Shown here piece by piece: positions 35,866-45,567 of a DNA stretch of 64,000 nucleotides; within the stretch, counting starts at the first letter, position 1, and the number at the start of each line of letters is the position of its first letter. The stretch comes from a virus (lineage: Duplodnaviria; Caudoviricetes), in IMG/VR virus record IMGVR_UViG_3300044541_000019, positions 130 through 64,129 of that record; one strand, written 5' to 3'. The translations under genes were made by a program, and so were the position numbers. Under the pieces are notes generated by a model, which did no database searches, had not been told where the DNA came from, and saw only the letters and a program-made list of their open reading frames with translations.

Positions 35866-36077
35866 TTCTTACTCCGCTTCTTCGGCTCTATAGGCGACGA
35901 AGACTCGAATTCCAGCTCCAGATACCGGCGGTACCGGGCGTCCAGGTAGTCAGGAATGACCAGAGCTATCGGCCCGTGGTCCATCGTGGTACCTACGTGG
36001 TACTGAGAATCGGCCAAGTCGATGAGCGCCCGAACCATGTTCGGAAGCTCATCGGCTGTTGGCGTCAAGGTGATCAT
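35862..36077 (-). CDS. small hypothetical virion-module protein
   Basis: ATGA coupling; start trimmed. Confidence 0.55.
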   Translation of the reverse strand: MITLTPTADELPNMVRALIDLADSQYHVGTTMDHGPIALVIPDYLDARYRRYLELEFESSSPIEPKKRSKK

Positions 36078-36913
36078 GCGGTGGTGCAATCCCTCGTCAC
36101 GGCGACGGAGAACTTGCCACACTCGATGCCCATGGCGTGGACCTGCTCAGCCACCAGCGTCAGCACGTTCGTTGACGTGTTGAAGCCGCCATCGAGCGGT
36201 GGTACGAAGATCTCCGGGTCTTGCCAGATGACTGTGCGGCCGGTGGCGTACATGTACTCCACGGTGGTGCTGACAGCTTCACCGTTGGGGCCGGTACCGT
36301 CATATCCATGACCGAAGACGATCTTGGTACCGGTCGGGGTCTTCCATCCGCGCCCATCGGGGACCAACAGACGCTTCGCGGCCAAGAACGGCATCATGTA
36401 CGGACGGGCGTGGATGATGCCACCGAAGATGTTGGCGTCCGCCAAGCCTTGCTCCAGCAACGCGACAGCAACCAACGGACACGAGGCTGCAGTCAGTGGC
36501 GTAGCACCACGGAGTAGTCCCGTGAGTCCTGGTAGCCCCGGAGCGTTGCCACCTTGCCAGAAGGCCCGTTCCACACCCTCCTGCATGAACAGTTGGGCAC
36601 GGGTCAGGACCCGCTGGCGTGCTTCGTCGTAGTCGATGCCCACAATGGAGCACTGGTACGAGGTGAGTACGGCGAACGGGAAGCCGGACACTGGCGCCGG
36701 TAGCGTCTGGAACGTCTTCGAACCAGAAACCGCTGGGCAGTTCATGCCCCACAGGTACACATCCCCGCAAGCATCGGGGATGTATTGGACGCCGCCACCA
36801 ACAGCGTTGGGGTTGGGGAACGGCAGCGGTCCAACGGCAGCATCGAACAGCCCCGGGGGGCGTACCGGTGGCGGTGGGGGATCCGCGTAATACAGGGCGT
36901 TGAATACAGCCAC
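36074..36913 (-). CDS. capsid-associated protein (decoration/minor capsid)
   Basis: Directly after major capsid; GGIIHARP...TPTGT.IVFG.GY. Confidence 0.65.
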   Translation of the reverse strand: MAVFNALYYADPPPPPVRPPGLFDAAVGPLPFPNPNAVGGGVQYIPDACGDVYLWGMNCPAVSGSKTFQTLPAPVSGFPFAVLTSYQCSIVGIDYDEARQRVLTRAQLFMQEGVERAFWQGGNAPGLPGLTGLLRGATPLTAASCPLVAVALLEQGLADANIFGGIIHARPYMMPFLAAKRLLVPDGRGWKTPTGTKIVFGHGYDGTGPNGEAVSTTVEYMYATGRTVIWQDPEIFVPPLDGGFNTSTNVLTLVAEQVHAMGIECGKFSVAVTRDCTTA

Positions 36914-36943
36914 GGCTACTCCTTCCAGTAGGGCTGAAGTGAT

Positions 36944-36971
36944 TCAGGGGGCCAGTTGCCTGGCCCCCTGA
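36944..36971 (-). terminator. hairpin after major capsid gene (attenuator or stabiliser)
   Basis: TCAGGGGGCCA-GTTGCC-TGGCCCCCTGA; no clear U tract. Confidence 0.5.
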
Positions 36972-36977
36972 GCCCTA

Positions 36978-38687
36978 CTAGCAGGTGACCTGGACCTGTG
37001 CGGCGGTGTTACCGTTCGGGCAGATGTTGACGGTGTAAACCCGACTCAGCGGGCACATTCGCACCATCTTCCAACCGGTCTCCGTGAACAGGTGAGTTAC
37101 CTGGTTCGTGGCTAGCTTGGTGGAGTCGTAGACGCTGTTCAGGGTGATGACGTCGTTGACGGCGCGCACCCACGTACCCGCTGGGTAGATCAGGAACTGC
37201 AGCGACACTGGCAGCTCCGTCAGTGGGAACGCGGAACCAGCGGAGCCCGACACCGAACCACCCGAGAAGGCGTCCTGCCAGTCGTACACGTACTGGGCGC
37301 GGATACCGCGTGCAGCCATGGCCGCACTGATCTCCGAGTCGGCCAGCGTGATTGTCTTGCTGTAGTCCCCGCCGTTACGACGGACCCAGTCAGCACGCAT
37401 CTGGGCAAGAGTCCAGAACGGCAGCACTACTTCTAGGGTTGCCGAACGCTGGAGGCGCAGACGGTACTTGATGTCGACTGCTGCCATCTCCAGTGCCGAG
37501 AGCACCTGAGCCACAACCGAGACACCGGAGGTCCATGGCTGGAAACCGGTCAGGGTAACGGCCACCGAGTCAGCAACCATCGCTGCGATCTGCTCACGGT
37601 TCACCTGGTGCGCGGACGCCGCCATGGCGCCACGGGCGAAGGTGGCCGTGAACTCCGGGTAGCCCCGGATGGAGAGGATGTTGCCGGTGAGGCAGATACC
37701 AGTGACACCAAGCCGGTCATCCACGAACGGCGGGCACGGGATTTCCAGGCAGGTCTTCGTGGTGCCGGCGGCAACCTGCGCCTCAGTGAGGTTGAAGAAG
37801 CCAGTGCCGGCGCCGAAGATGTAGCTGAAGTCGATGCCCTGGTTGTGGCGGATACCGCCACGGCGGGCCTGAACTTCAGGCGCATCCAGCAGACCGTCCG
37901 TGGTGATCTGGAGACAGATGTCGTAGTCGGTTTCCGACGGTGCACACCAGCCAGCGGCAGCAACCAGGGAGTCACGTCCTGGGTCGGTGGCTGCGAGTTC
38001 CTTGCGACGTAGCTCGGACGATGCGATCAGCGATCCACCTGGGAGGCGCTTCTCGTTGGCGACTGCCATGATCTTGGCGTAGTCGTTGTCGTCCATGTTG
38101 ACGCAGTACTCGTCCGGGTAGTCACGGACCATCTTCGCGACCGGGTAGTGGATCGGACCAGTACCGACTGGACCGGAAGCGCCACCGTGGCCAGCACTCC
38201 GGGCGATGAACGCCTTCGCCACATCGAGCATGGAGTCGAACTTGTGACCGGCTTCGTAGTCCGGTACACCAGCGGCAGCGATCAGGGTTGCGTATCCCTG
38301 CCGGTTGGCTGGGATAACCGTGGTGCCGTCCTTGTTGATGATGTCGGCGACAGTCACCTTGATGACCTTGTCGTCCTCGTTGATGGTCGCGGTGGCCGTG
38401 GCGGACGCGGTCACCGGCTCTGGCTCTACGACTGGCTCCGGGTCTGGGTCAGGCTCGTTGAGCGCTGCGAAACGGTCAGCGCGCTCGGTACGTCCCTGAA
38501 TCTCGGCAGCCACGTCGTACTTGTAGAACTGCTTCAGGGCGGCCAGCTCATCCAGCTGGTCATCCGTGATGGAGGTCGCGTCGACCGTGCTCATCATGGA
38601 GGTGTATTCAGTCTCTGCCTCTACCCGCTTCGCCTCCAGGGCGGTGAGCGTGAAGACAGTCAGGTCTTCGGGGATTTCAAAAAGCAT
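36978..38687 (-). CDS. major capsid protein (569 aa, with N-terminal scaffold-like segment)
   Basis: LVAAAGWCAPSET.YD, RGGI, K.C.EIPCP, GYPE. Confidence 0.85.
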   Translation of the reverse strand: MLFEIPEDLTVFTLTALEAKRVEAETEYTSMMSTVDATSITDDQLDELAALKQFYKYDVAAEIQGRTERADRFAALNEPDPDPEPVVEPEPVTASATATATINEDDKVIKVTVADIINKDGTTVIPANRQGYATLIAAAGVPDYEAGHKFDSMLDVAKAFIARSAGHGGASGPVGTGPIHYPVAKMVRDYPDEYCVNMDDNDYAKIMAVANEKRLPGGSLIASSELRRKELAATDPGRDSLVAAAGWCAPSETDYDICLQITTDGLLDAPEVQARRGGIRHNQGIDFSYIFGAGTGFFNLTEAQVAAGTTKTCLEIPCPPFVDDRLGVTGICLTGNILSIRGYPEFTATFARGAMAASAHQVNREQIAAMVADSVAVTLTGFQPWTSGVSVVAQVLSALEMAAVDIKYRLRLQRSATLEVVLPFWTLAQMRADWVRRNGGDYSKTITLADSEISAAMAARGIRAQYVYDWQDAFSGGSVSGSAGSAFPLTELPVSLQFLIYPAGTWVRAVNDVITLNSVYDSTKLATNQVTHLFTETGWKMVRMCPLSRVYTVNICPNGNTAAQVQVTC

Positions 38688-38765
38688 TGTGGGCCTCTCA
38701 ACGGAAGAGTTGTCTCCCGGTGCAGGCCCACAGCTACAGCCACCGATCTAAGGGGATGGTAACAC

Positions 38766-38921
38766 CTACACCCTGGAATACGTCGTTCCTAGCGGACCCA
38801 GGGTCTGCTCTACTCGGGCGGCGTGTTCCCCAACCACCACCTTCTTCTGTCCGTCTGGGTACTTCACCTCAAACTGAGGCTCGGGCACTACTTCCGTCTG
38901 GCCGTTGCATCCGCATCCCAT
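38766..38921 (-). CDS. small MGCGC-type protein, 51 aa
   Basis: ATG overlapping upstream stop (TAATG). Confidence 0.65.
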   Translation of the reverse strand: MGCGCNGQTEVVPEPQFEVKYPDGQKKVVVGEHAARVEQTLGPLGTTYSRV

Positions 38922-41900
38922 TACTGACCCGCCTTCTTCCTCGCTTCTAGTGTCTTCTCCTTGAGCCATGCCTTGACGGCTGGATCCTGAACCGCTAGAT
39001 CCATAATCCGCCACATGGTGGTAGCAGCGTCAGTACCCTCGTGCAAATCATGAGTGCTCAGTGCGTCAGCAGCTGAACTACCGCGCACGAACTCGGGATC
39101 ACCGGCGGCGATCTGTCTCAAGATGTCCTGCTTTTTCTGGATAACTGATGGCTCACCGGAGCGGAAGTGGGTGTTGCCCACGACCCGAGCGAGCGGCGCA
39201 TGTGCTTCTCCCTTCTTCTTCGCTGGTACCGAAATCCTGGCCGTGGGGATAGCGGCCAGATCCTCGAATGCCTTTCGGAGCGTGGCGGGGATGTCAGGAG
39301 GTAGGTCTAGCTTCACTGGCGGCGCGTCGATGGCATCCAGGGCTTTCTGGATACGATCGGCGATGGCAGAGTCGACAGCCTCCGTCTTCATCTTCTTCAG
39401 GCGCTGAACGAACTCACCCAGTTCGAACCTGTGGTTGCCCATCTCATCACCCATGCGGGCGATCTCATTGACGAAAGAGTTAGGCTCCCGGTCATCCGCG
39501 TAGAGGTCAGCCCACAGTTTGCCGAGTTCGCTGTCCAGGTGGATGTTCCCCTGATCCGAGCCACCGTTAGGTAGATGGATCGGCTGGTCAGCATTGGGGC
39601 GATCTCTCTTTACGATGCTGCCACTCGGGGCAATGGAACTACCGACATCTTTGACTGCAGGGCCGGCAGCCTTGGGTGCAGCCTTCTTCGCTGCTGCCTC
39701 CACCTTCTTCGCCGGTGCGGGTGCGTTGGCGTTGGCTAGCGCCCGTCCCTTGTCGGTGAGTTTGACGCCGTCACTGTTCTCCGTGACCAGGCCCTTCTTG
39801 ATCAGGGCGTCCAGTCGACGGTTAGCGGCATCGTTCTTGCCAGGCTTGATGACGGAGTTGTATGGGAGTTCCGCCATAGCCTGGAGGTCGGTCATCTGCG
39901 CCTTCGTCACAGACGGCTCAGCAGTAGCCTTCGCTGCCACCTCCCGCTTCACATCCACCTTCGCGGCCACACTGGGGGCAGCGGCCTTAGCTGCCTTCTT
40001 GACCGGTGCAGCCTGTGCCTCGTTCTGCTGGTCCATGATGGCCTTGATGCGGTCACCACGTGCCACGCTGGTACGTCTGATACCGCGTTCACTCTCAATG
40101 TCAACCAGGTCGCCGAGGGTCATGTCCTGAAGTTCAGCCTCGGTGTACTTCCGACTACCAGTGGGGGCGCTGGGAGCTGACAGCTTCCGTACCGACTTCT
40201 TAGCGACCTTGGCCTTGACCGAGTCCAACGTGTCATCTGCCTTGTCTCGTGCCTCGCGAGCCATTTCAAGGTCTTTGTCGATCTCATCTGCCTGGACGGT
40301 CTCAGGGTCAACCCTGTTGGCCTTCCCTTCTAGTGCAGTGACCGCATCCTGTGCGGCACGTACCTCCAGTTGGGCATCACGGAGTTGCTTGGATTCAGGT
40401 GTCTCACCGGAGGTGACACGAGGTACAGCCTTCTTCGCTGGAGCGGGCGTCGGTGCCGCCTTAGCTGCCCGTGCCAGAGTCTGCTTCACCGGAGGTGGTG
40501 AGACCTCCGGTGCCGCCGCTGCAGCTGCCTTCTTGGCCACCTTCTTGACCGGTGGGGCAGCCTTCACTTCCTGTGCCACTTCAGCCTTGACTGCCGGCGT
40601 TGCCTTCTTCGCTGGGGTACGTCTGGTGGCCTTCAGCTTGTCGGCTAGTGCTTGCCAACGGTCCACTTGGGCACGAAGATCCTCGCGCTCCTTCATGATC
40701 TCGGCAAGCTGCGTTTCTGCGATCTGTCTTTCTTCTGGAGTATTAGCTTCCGTGAGTCGACGCTTGGCTCCATCCACGGACAGCGTCTGCATCGCAATCC
40801 GTACGCCTGGACCACCAGCGCTGTTGTTCCAGGAGTCTAGGTAGCGGCCGATGGCAGCCGGTGAGGCGTTCTTGGGCATTGCACCAATGGATTCACCATC
40901 CAGTGCTCTCTGGATGTGGTCAAGCATGGCGGCATCGCTGGGTCCGCTAGACGATCCCGAGTTCCAGTCGCCGGGGGGCAGGATGGACTGCACGTCGATC
41001 TTCGCTGGTGGAGGCTTCGGTGCAGCTTTCTTCGCCAACCTGGTTGGTGGGACTCCTTCTGGCAGCGTCCCGGCCTTGTCACGACGGATCATCTCCCGAG
41101 CCAGCTCGGTCATGACTTCATCGCGGGTGGTGGCGCCCTGAGGGAGCTTGATCCCGAGATCCTTGGCTGACTGCTTCAGATCCTCAGCGCTGAGCTTGGC
41201 CAGTTCCGGGGAGGTGACACGGATGACATCCTGCTTGCTTACCAGCTCTGGCGAGGAAGCAGAGCCACCTTCCATGGTGCCGAGCACACTCCTGGCCCAC
41301 TCACTCCGGGCCAGTTCGTCGGTGATGTGCCTACCGAGTAGCTCCTTGTTGGCCTGCGTCTGGTTGGGCTCGTTGATGCCTCTGCGGTAACCCTCCAGGT
41401 TGGCGTCCGCGCGGGAGATGGACTCGCGTAGACGTGTCTTCGCCTTGTCCGTGTCCCCGTTGATGAGGTGCCCTCTGACCGCGTCGTAGTCGGCCTTGGA
41501 CTCGGTTCCACTCTTGGGCTTCTTGAGGCCTGCGTCAGACAGGATCCGGTCGATGTCGTGGCCGGACTTCTTGACCCGCACCTTCTCCTGGTGCACGCGC
41601 TCGGCAACATCCAGGAGATGCTTGCGGTCAGCCTCTGGCATGTCTGCTAGAAGCTGATCGCGGTACTCGGGCTTGACTCTAGACAGGATCTGAGCAGCTA
41701 CCCGGTCCTCCACGCTGATGCCAGAAGGACTGGAGGTTGCCTCTACTTCAGCACGGACCTCCTTAGCCATCTTTTCGATGGCTTGTGCATTCTGGCTCCC
41801 GCCCAGATCCTTGGCGATCTGGTCATAGGGATCAGCGGTGGGTCCGGCCTTCATCTCAGCCAGGACTTCTTTGGCACGCTGCTGAAGTCGAGCACGTTCG

Positions 41901-44900
41901 GCGGTATCTACGCCACGGATCTTTGGAGCCTCGGGTGCAGTGGGAGCTTCGGGGGCTGCAGCCTTGACTGCCTTCTTCCGTGGCGCAGGCGTGGACAGGT
42001 GGTCCGCCAGACGGTTCAGATACCCCTTCCATTCGTCGCTGCCACTGCTGTTGTCGGCCACGTCGCGCAGGCGCGCTGCTGCCTTCGGGCGAGACAGCTT
42101 CTTGGACGCCACGCCACCAGCGATGAGGTGTAGTCCGGTCTCTTCTACCGGGTTCAGGCTGGCCGGTGGTGCGCCAATGGCCTCATCCCACTGTGCCTTG
42201 ACGCCGTTAGCTGCGTCGTCCCACGTCTTCTGTTCGGCCGCCTTCTTCTCATCGAGACCACTGGCGAGACGCGCGGCATCGGTGTTGGCCGGCGTCGGTG
42301 CAGTCTCGCCTCGGTTGGCAGCCAGCTTCTTAGCGTTGGCTCGATCCTGAGCACGCTCTTCAGGCGTGACCCTGGTACCAGCGGTAGCACGTGTCGCCTT
42401 CGCTGGTGCGGCCGATGGGAAACCACCGCCTTGTTCACGCCAAGCACGCTGGGCCGCATTCTCCCGGGAGGAACGCTTGATCAGGTCCCCGCCCGCGCGC
42501 CGTGGCAGTTTGCCTGGCTCTCGTACTCGCCAGTCACCGGTCTTACCTACTGGCGAGATCAGTTCTTCCCAGACACCGTTGTTTAGGAAGACGTCTCCTG
42601 CGCGAAGATTCTCTGGATCGACTGGTGTGCGGTCACCGCGCGCGCTTTCGAGCCGCGCCCAGGGAGCATCACCGGTAGGAGTGAAGCCGGACGGCTTGGG
42701 TCCTACCAGGTCGGTACGACCCTGGTCTTCATTGATGACAGCCTTCGCTGCTGCCTTCTTCAGGACCGTCGGGACCTCAGGCGTCTCGGCAACCTTGGTC
42801 AGCGCCTTAGCAGCAGGGGTCTTCGGTGCGGCCTTCTTCGCTGCAGGCTTACCCAGTGCCTTGTTGATCGCCTGAGTGACCGCATCGTCGTGACTCAGGC
42901 CGGTGGCGCGGAGGCGGTTGTACTCCTTCTTCTCTGGGTCGGCGAGCTGTCCGTACTCCTCCTTCTGGGCAGCGGACAGCGGAGTCTTCTGCTCCCTGGG
43001 CGCAGCAGCCTTTACGGCTGCCTTCGCCACCTTCTTCACCGGCGGCGCTTCAGGTGCTGCCCCCGGTACAGCCTCCTTCTTGCGCTGTACCGAAGGTGTG
43101 GCCTTCCAGTGTGCTGCCAGCTCCTTAGCCAGGGCGGCCTTCAGCTTGAGCTTCTTGTCCTCGCCACGAGTGTCGATGCCCCACTTCTCGGCTACCGCTC
43201 GCATGTCCCCAACAGATAGTCCATTGAGGCCAGTGAGGATGTTCTTGTCCGTGCGGCCGGCAAGTGCCGCCTCGGCAGCATCCACATTGGGCGGTGCCTT
43301 GGGGGCTGCCTTCTTCAGTGGTACCCGTTTGGCTGGCTTCGAGGTGTCAGCCTCGATCGTGTCAGCGACCCTGCGCAGGTAGAGAGCCTCAGGAGTGGTG
43401 TCACCACCAGCGTGATCCCGCAGTCGGGTAGCGGCCTTAGCTCTGGTGGTGCGACCGTTGCGGAGTAGGTCAGCAGTCTCATCCAGGAGGATGTTGCCGG
43501 CGGTATCGTTCTTCCTCATGCTCGGAGGTTCGTTGCCGATCGCGTCAGCCCACCGGGTGCGCTGTTCCGCGTTGAGCTTGTTGTCCTCGGCGTCCTTTGT
43601 GGCCTGATCAGCCATGGCCTTGGCGCGAGTCTGAGGTGTCCCATCCTTGCGAGGCGGCGCAACCTTCGCCATGGGGCCAGGACGGGCAGCCTCGGCTGCT
43701 GTCTTCTTCGCCCCCGGTACCTTGTCCGAGCCACCAGGAGGACGGATCTGCGCCTTCCGGGCGGCAGCTCCCGCCTTTGCCTGCAACTCGTTCTGGACGT
43801 CAGCCTTCGCCTGACGCTGCTTCGGTTCCCCCAGGTTGAAGTGGGAGCGGATCAGGTCAGCGAGCTTCTCCTGCTTACTGATGTCGTCGGCCAGGGTGGA
43901 GTCACCACGACCGACCTCAGTGTCCTGGAGCTTCTTGTTGGTGGCAATGTCCGCTTCGATCTCGCGGAGCATGTCGGCGGGCTGCTGCTTACCGGACGTG
44001 ATGCCGGTGTAGGCGCTGTTCCATTCCCGGCGGCGCGGACCGCTGGACGGAGATTCCAGGTTCGCCGCGCTCGCCGCGTTTCGGAAGCTGACGGCAGGTT
44101 CCCCGGTGACAACGGAGGTGGCGCCGTTGGGCGGCTCCACGGCAGTCGGTGGTGCTGGCGTCGGAGCCGCTGGAGTAGGGACCGCTGGAGCGTTGGCTTC
44201 TGGTACGTTCGCAGCCTGGGGCGTTGGTACTGGCGCACTCGGCGCAGCGGGGGCAGCCGGTGTTCCTGCTGGCGCTGGTGTTGGTGCTGCTGGTGCTGGC
44301 GTAGGTCCCGCCGCTGGCTGAGCCGGTGTAGCGGCGGGACGTCCCAGAACTGCAGCACGTCGGGCGGCTCGGACCTGCTCAGGAGTCTGACCCTCTGGCG
44401 GCGTCCCAGCTGCCTCGCCCGGAAGGGCGCCAAGGGGCTGGCTACCCATCTCCCGCTTGGTGGCAGCGTCTTCCAGAGCCTTGACCGCTGCTTCACGGTT
44501 GCCGGGGACGCCAGCGCCCTGATGTCCTACGCCCGTAGTCTCTGGCGTAGCTCCAGGAGTCTTGGGAGTGGCCACCGCCCACATGTAGTAGCCACCGCGA
44601 CCATCAGGCTTGACCTTGGTGATGGTCAGCTCTTGGTCCCGGTCAAAGAACATGCCCCGGTCGGTGCCACTCCGGGCAGGGACAGCCATTCTGGTGCCCT
44701 TGGGGGTGGCAATGGACATGGTGACCAGTCCCTGCCCACCGCCCAGGGGGGTGCCGATGTTGGCCGCACCGTAGCCACGGTCGGCGACAACATTGCCGGT
44801 CATTTCCTCCAGTTCGGGCAAACGCTCAGGAGTCAGACCGAAAGCGTCAGGACCCACAGTTCTGGACACAATGATGTCGTCGGGGATGGGCTGCATTTCA

Positions 44901-45229
44901 GCGTCCATCATGTCGACGAACTTCTTCGTGGATGGTTCGTCTACATGACCATCACGGAGGTCTTCGTTGGCGTTGTCGTAGTCAGCCTGGAGGCGGGCAA
45001 ATCCTTTGCCACCACCGAACCGGCCAGGCTTCTTGTTACCGAGGTTGAAGTTGTATTGCGCTGCCTGCTGGTCAGACTGGAACGTGCGCGGCCGGAATGC
45101 GGACGTAATCTTCAGGACAGCATCTAGTACAGCAGGGGACATTTTCCACTTTGAGCGGAAACGTCCATGACTGTCACGCGGGTGCATAAGCTCCTGCGCG
45201 GTGCCCCAGCTATCGCCAATCCCGGCCAT
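38921..45229 (-). CDS. 2102-aa putative virion/ejection protein: N-terminal HPRD..GRF motif, degenerate ADP-ribosyltransferase fold, long Ala/Pro/Lys-rich AKKAA repeats
   Basis: Uninterrupted ORF between protease and capsid genes; IIVSRTV...GYGAANI...RGMFFDRDQELTITKV. Confidence 0.8.
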   Translation of the reverse strand: MAGIGDSWGTAQELMHPRDSHGRFRSKWKMSPAVLDAVLKITSAFRPRTFQSDQQAAQYNFNLGNKKPGRFGGGKGFARLQADYDNANEDLRDGHVDEPSTKKFVDMMDAEMQPIPDDIIVSRTVGPDAFGLTPERLPELEEMTGNVVADRGYGAANIGTPLGGGQGLVTMSIATPKGTRMAVPARSGTDRGMFFDRDQELTITKVKPDGRGGYYMWAVATPKTPGATPETTGVGHQGAGVPGNREAAVKALEDAATKREMGSQPLGALPGEAAGTPPEGQTPEQVRAARRAAVLGRPAATPAQPAAGPTPAPAAPTPAPAGTPAAPAAPSAPVPTPQAANVPEANAPAVPTPAAPTPAPPTAVEPPNGATSVVTGEPAVSFRNAASAANLESPSSGPRRREWNSAYTGITSGKQQPADMLREIEADIATNKKLQDTEVGRGDSTLADDISKQEKLADLIRSHFNLGEPKQRQAKADVQNELQAKAGAAARKAQIRPPGGSDKVPGAKKTAAEAARPGPMAKVAPPRKDGTPQTRAKAMADQATKDAEDNKLNAEQRTRWADAIGNEPPSMRKNDTAGNILLDETADLLRNGRTTRAKAATRLRDHAGGDTTPEALYLRRVADTIEADTSKPAKRVPLKKAAPKAPPNVDAAEAALAGRTDKNILTGLNGLSVGDMRAVAEKWGIDTRGEDKKLKLKAALAKELAAHWKATPSVQRKKEAVPGAAPEAPPVKKVAKAAVKAAAPREQKTPLSAAQKEEYGQLADPEKKEYNRLRATGLSHDDAVTQAINKALGKPAAKKAAPKTPAAKALTKVAETPEVPTVLKKAAAKAVINEDQGRTDLVGPKPSGFTPTGDAPWARLESARGDRTPVDPENLRAGDVFLNNGVWEELISPVGKTGDWRVREPGKLPRRAGGDLIKRSSRENAAQRAWREQGGGFPSAAPAKATRATAGTRVTPEERAQDRANAKKLAANRGETAPTPANTDAARLASGLDEKKAAEQKTWDDAANGVKAQWDEAIGAPPASLNPVEETGLHLIAGGVASKKLSRPKAAARLRDVADNSSGSDEWKGYLNRLADHLSTPAPRKKAVKAAAPEAPTAPEAPKIRGVDTAERARLQQRAKEVLAEMKAGPTADPYDQIAKDLGGSQNAQAIEKMAKEVRAEVEATSSPSGISVEDRVAAQILSRVKPEYRDQLLADMPEADRKHLLDVAERVHQEKVRVKKSGHDIDRILSDAGLKKPKSGTESKADYDAVRGHLINGDTDKAKTRLRESISRADANLEGYRRGINEPNQTQANKELLGRHITDELARSEWARSVLGTMEGGSASSPELVSKQDVIRVTSPELAKLSAEDLKQSAKDLGIKLPQGATTRDEVMTELAREMIRRDKAGTLPEGVPPTRLAKKAAPKPPPAKIDVQSILPPGDWNSGSSSGPSDAAMLDHIQRALDGESIGAMPKNASPAAIGRYLDSWNNSAGGPGVRIAMQTLSVDGAKRRLTEANTPEERQIAETQLAEIMKEREDLRAQVDRWQALADKLKATRRTPAKKATPAVKAEVAQEVKAAPPVKKVAKKAAAAAAPEVSPPPVKQTLARAAKAAPTPAPAKKAVPRVTSGETPESKQLRDAQLEVRAAQDAVTALEGKANRVDPETVQADEIDKDLEMAREARDKADDTLDSVKAKVAKKSVRKLSAPSAPTGSRKYTEAELQDMTLGDLVDIESERGIRRTSVARGDRIKAIMDQQNEAQAAPVKKAAKAAAPSVAAKVDVKREVAAKATAEPSVTKAQMTDLQAMAELPYNSVIKPGKNDAANRRLDALIKKGLVTENSDGVKLTDKGRALANANAPAPAKKVEAAAKKAAPKAAGPAVKDVGSSIAPSGSIVKRDRPNADQPIHLPNGGSDQGNIHLDSELGKLWADLYADDREPNSFVNEIARMGDEMGNHRFELGEFVQRLKKMKTEAVDSAIADRIQKALDAIDAPPVKLDLPPDIPATLRKAFEDLAAIPTARISVPAKKKGEAHAPLARVVGNTHFRSGEPSVIQKKQDILRQIAAGDPEFVRGSSAADALSTHDLHEGTDAATTMWRIMDLAVQDPAVKAWLKEKTLEARKKAGQ

Positions 45230-45234
45230 GTTGC

Positions 45235-45567
45235 CTATCCAGTCGTCGGAGGTAGAGTCGCTGGCACGGGTGCCGCTGCCGGCTGGAGGGGTTCAGCTGG
45301 CGCCGCCCCAGGGGGGGTCGGGGCTTTGGTCCCCGCCGTTGCAGCCTCGGCTCCCCCGGACTGCTTCACGATCGAGAATCGAGCGTTCATTTGCATAGCC
45401 AACAAGGACTGGTCCTCGCTCGCTCCCTCAGCTACTGGACCAGCGGCCGGGTCTACTGGCGCCGCTGGAGCCGCAGCAGCGTCGGGTGCGGCACCGGGAG
45501 CGGGCGCAACAGCCGGGGCTACTGCTGGTACGGGTGCCACGGGTGGCTGCGCTACCGGGTTAGTCAT
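45235..45567 (-). CDS. Ala/Pro-rich small protein
   Basis: AGGAG RBS; in operon. Confidence 0.6.
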   Translation of the reverse strand: MTNPVAQPPVAPVPAVAPAVAPAPGAAPDAAAAPAAPVDPAAGPVAEGASEDQSLLAMQMNARFSIVKQSGGAEAATAGTKAPTPPGAAPAEPLQPAAAPVPATLPPTTG

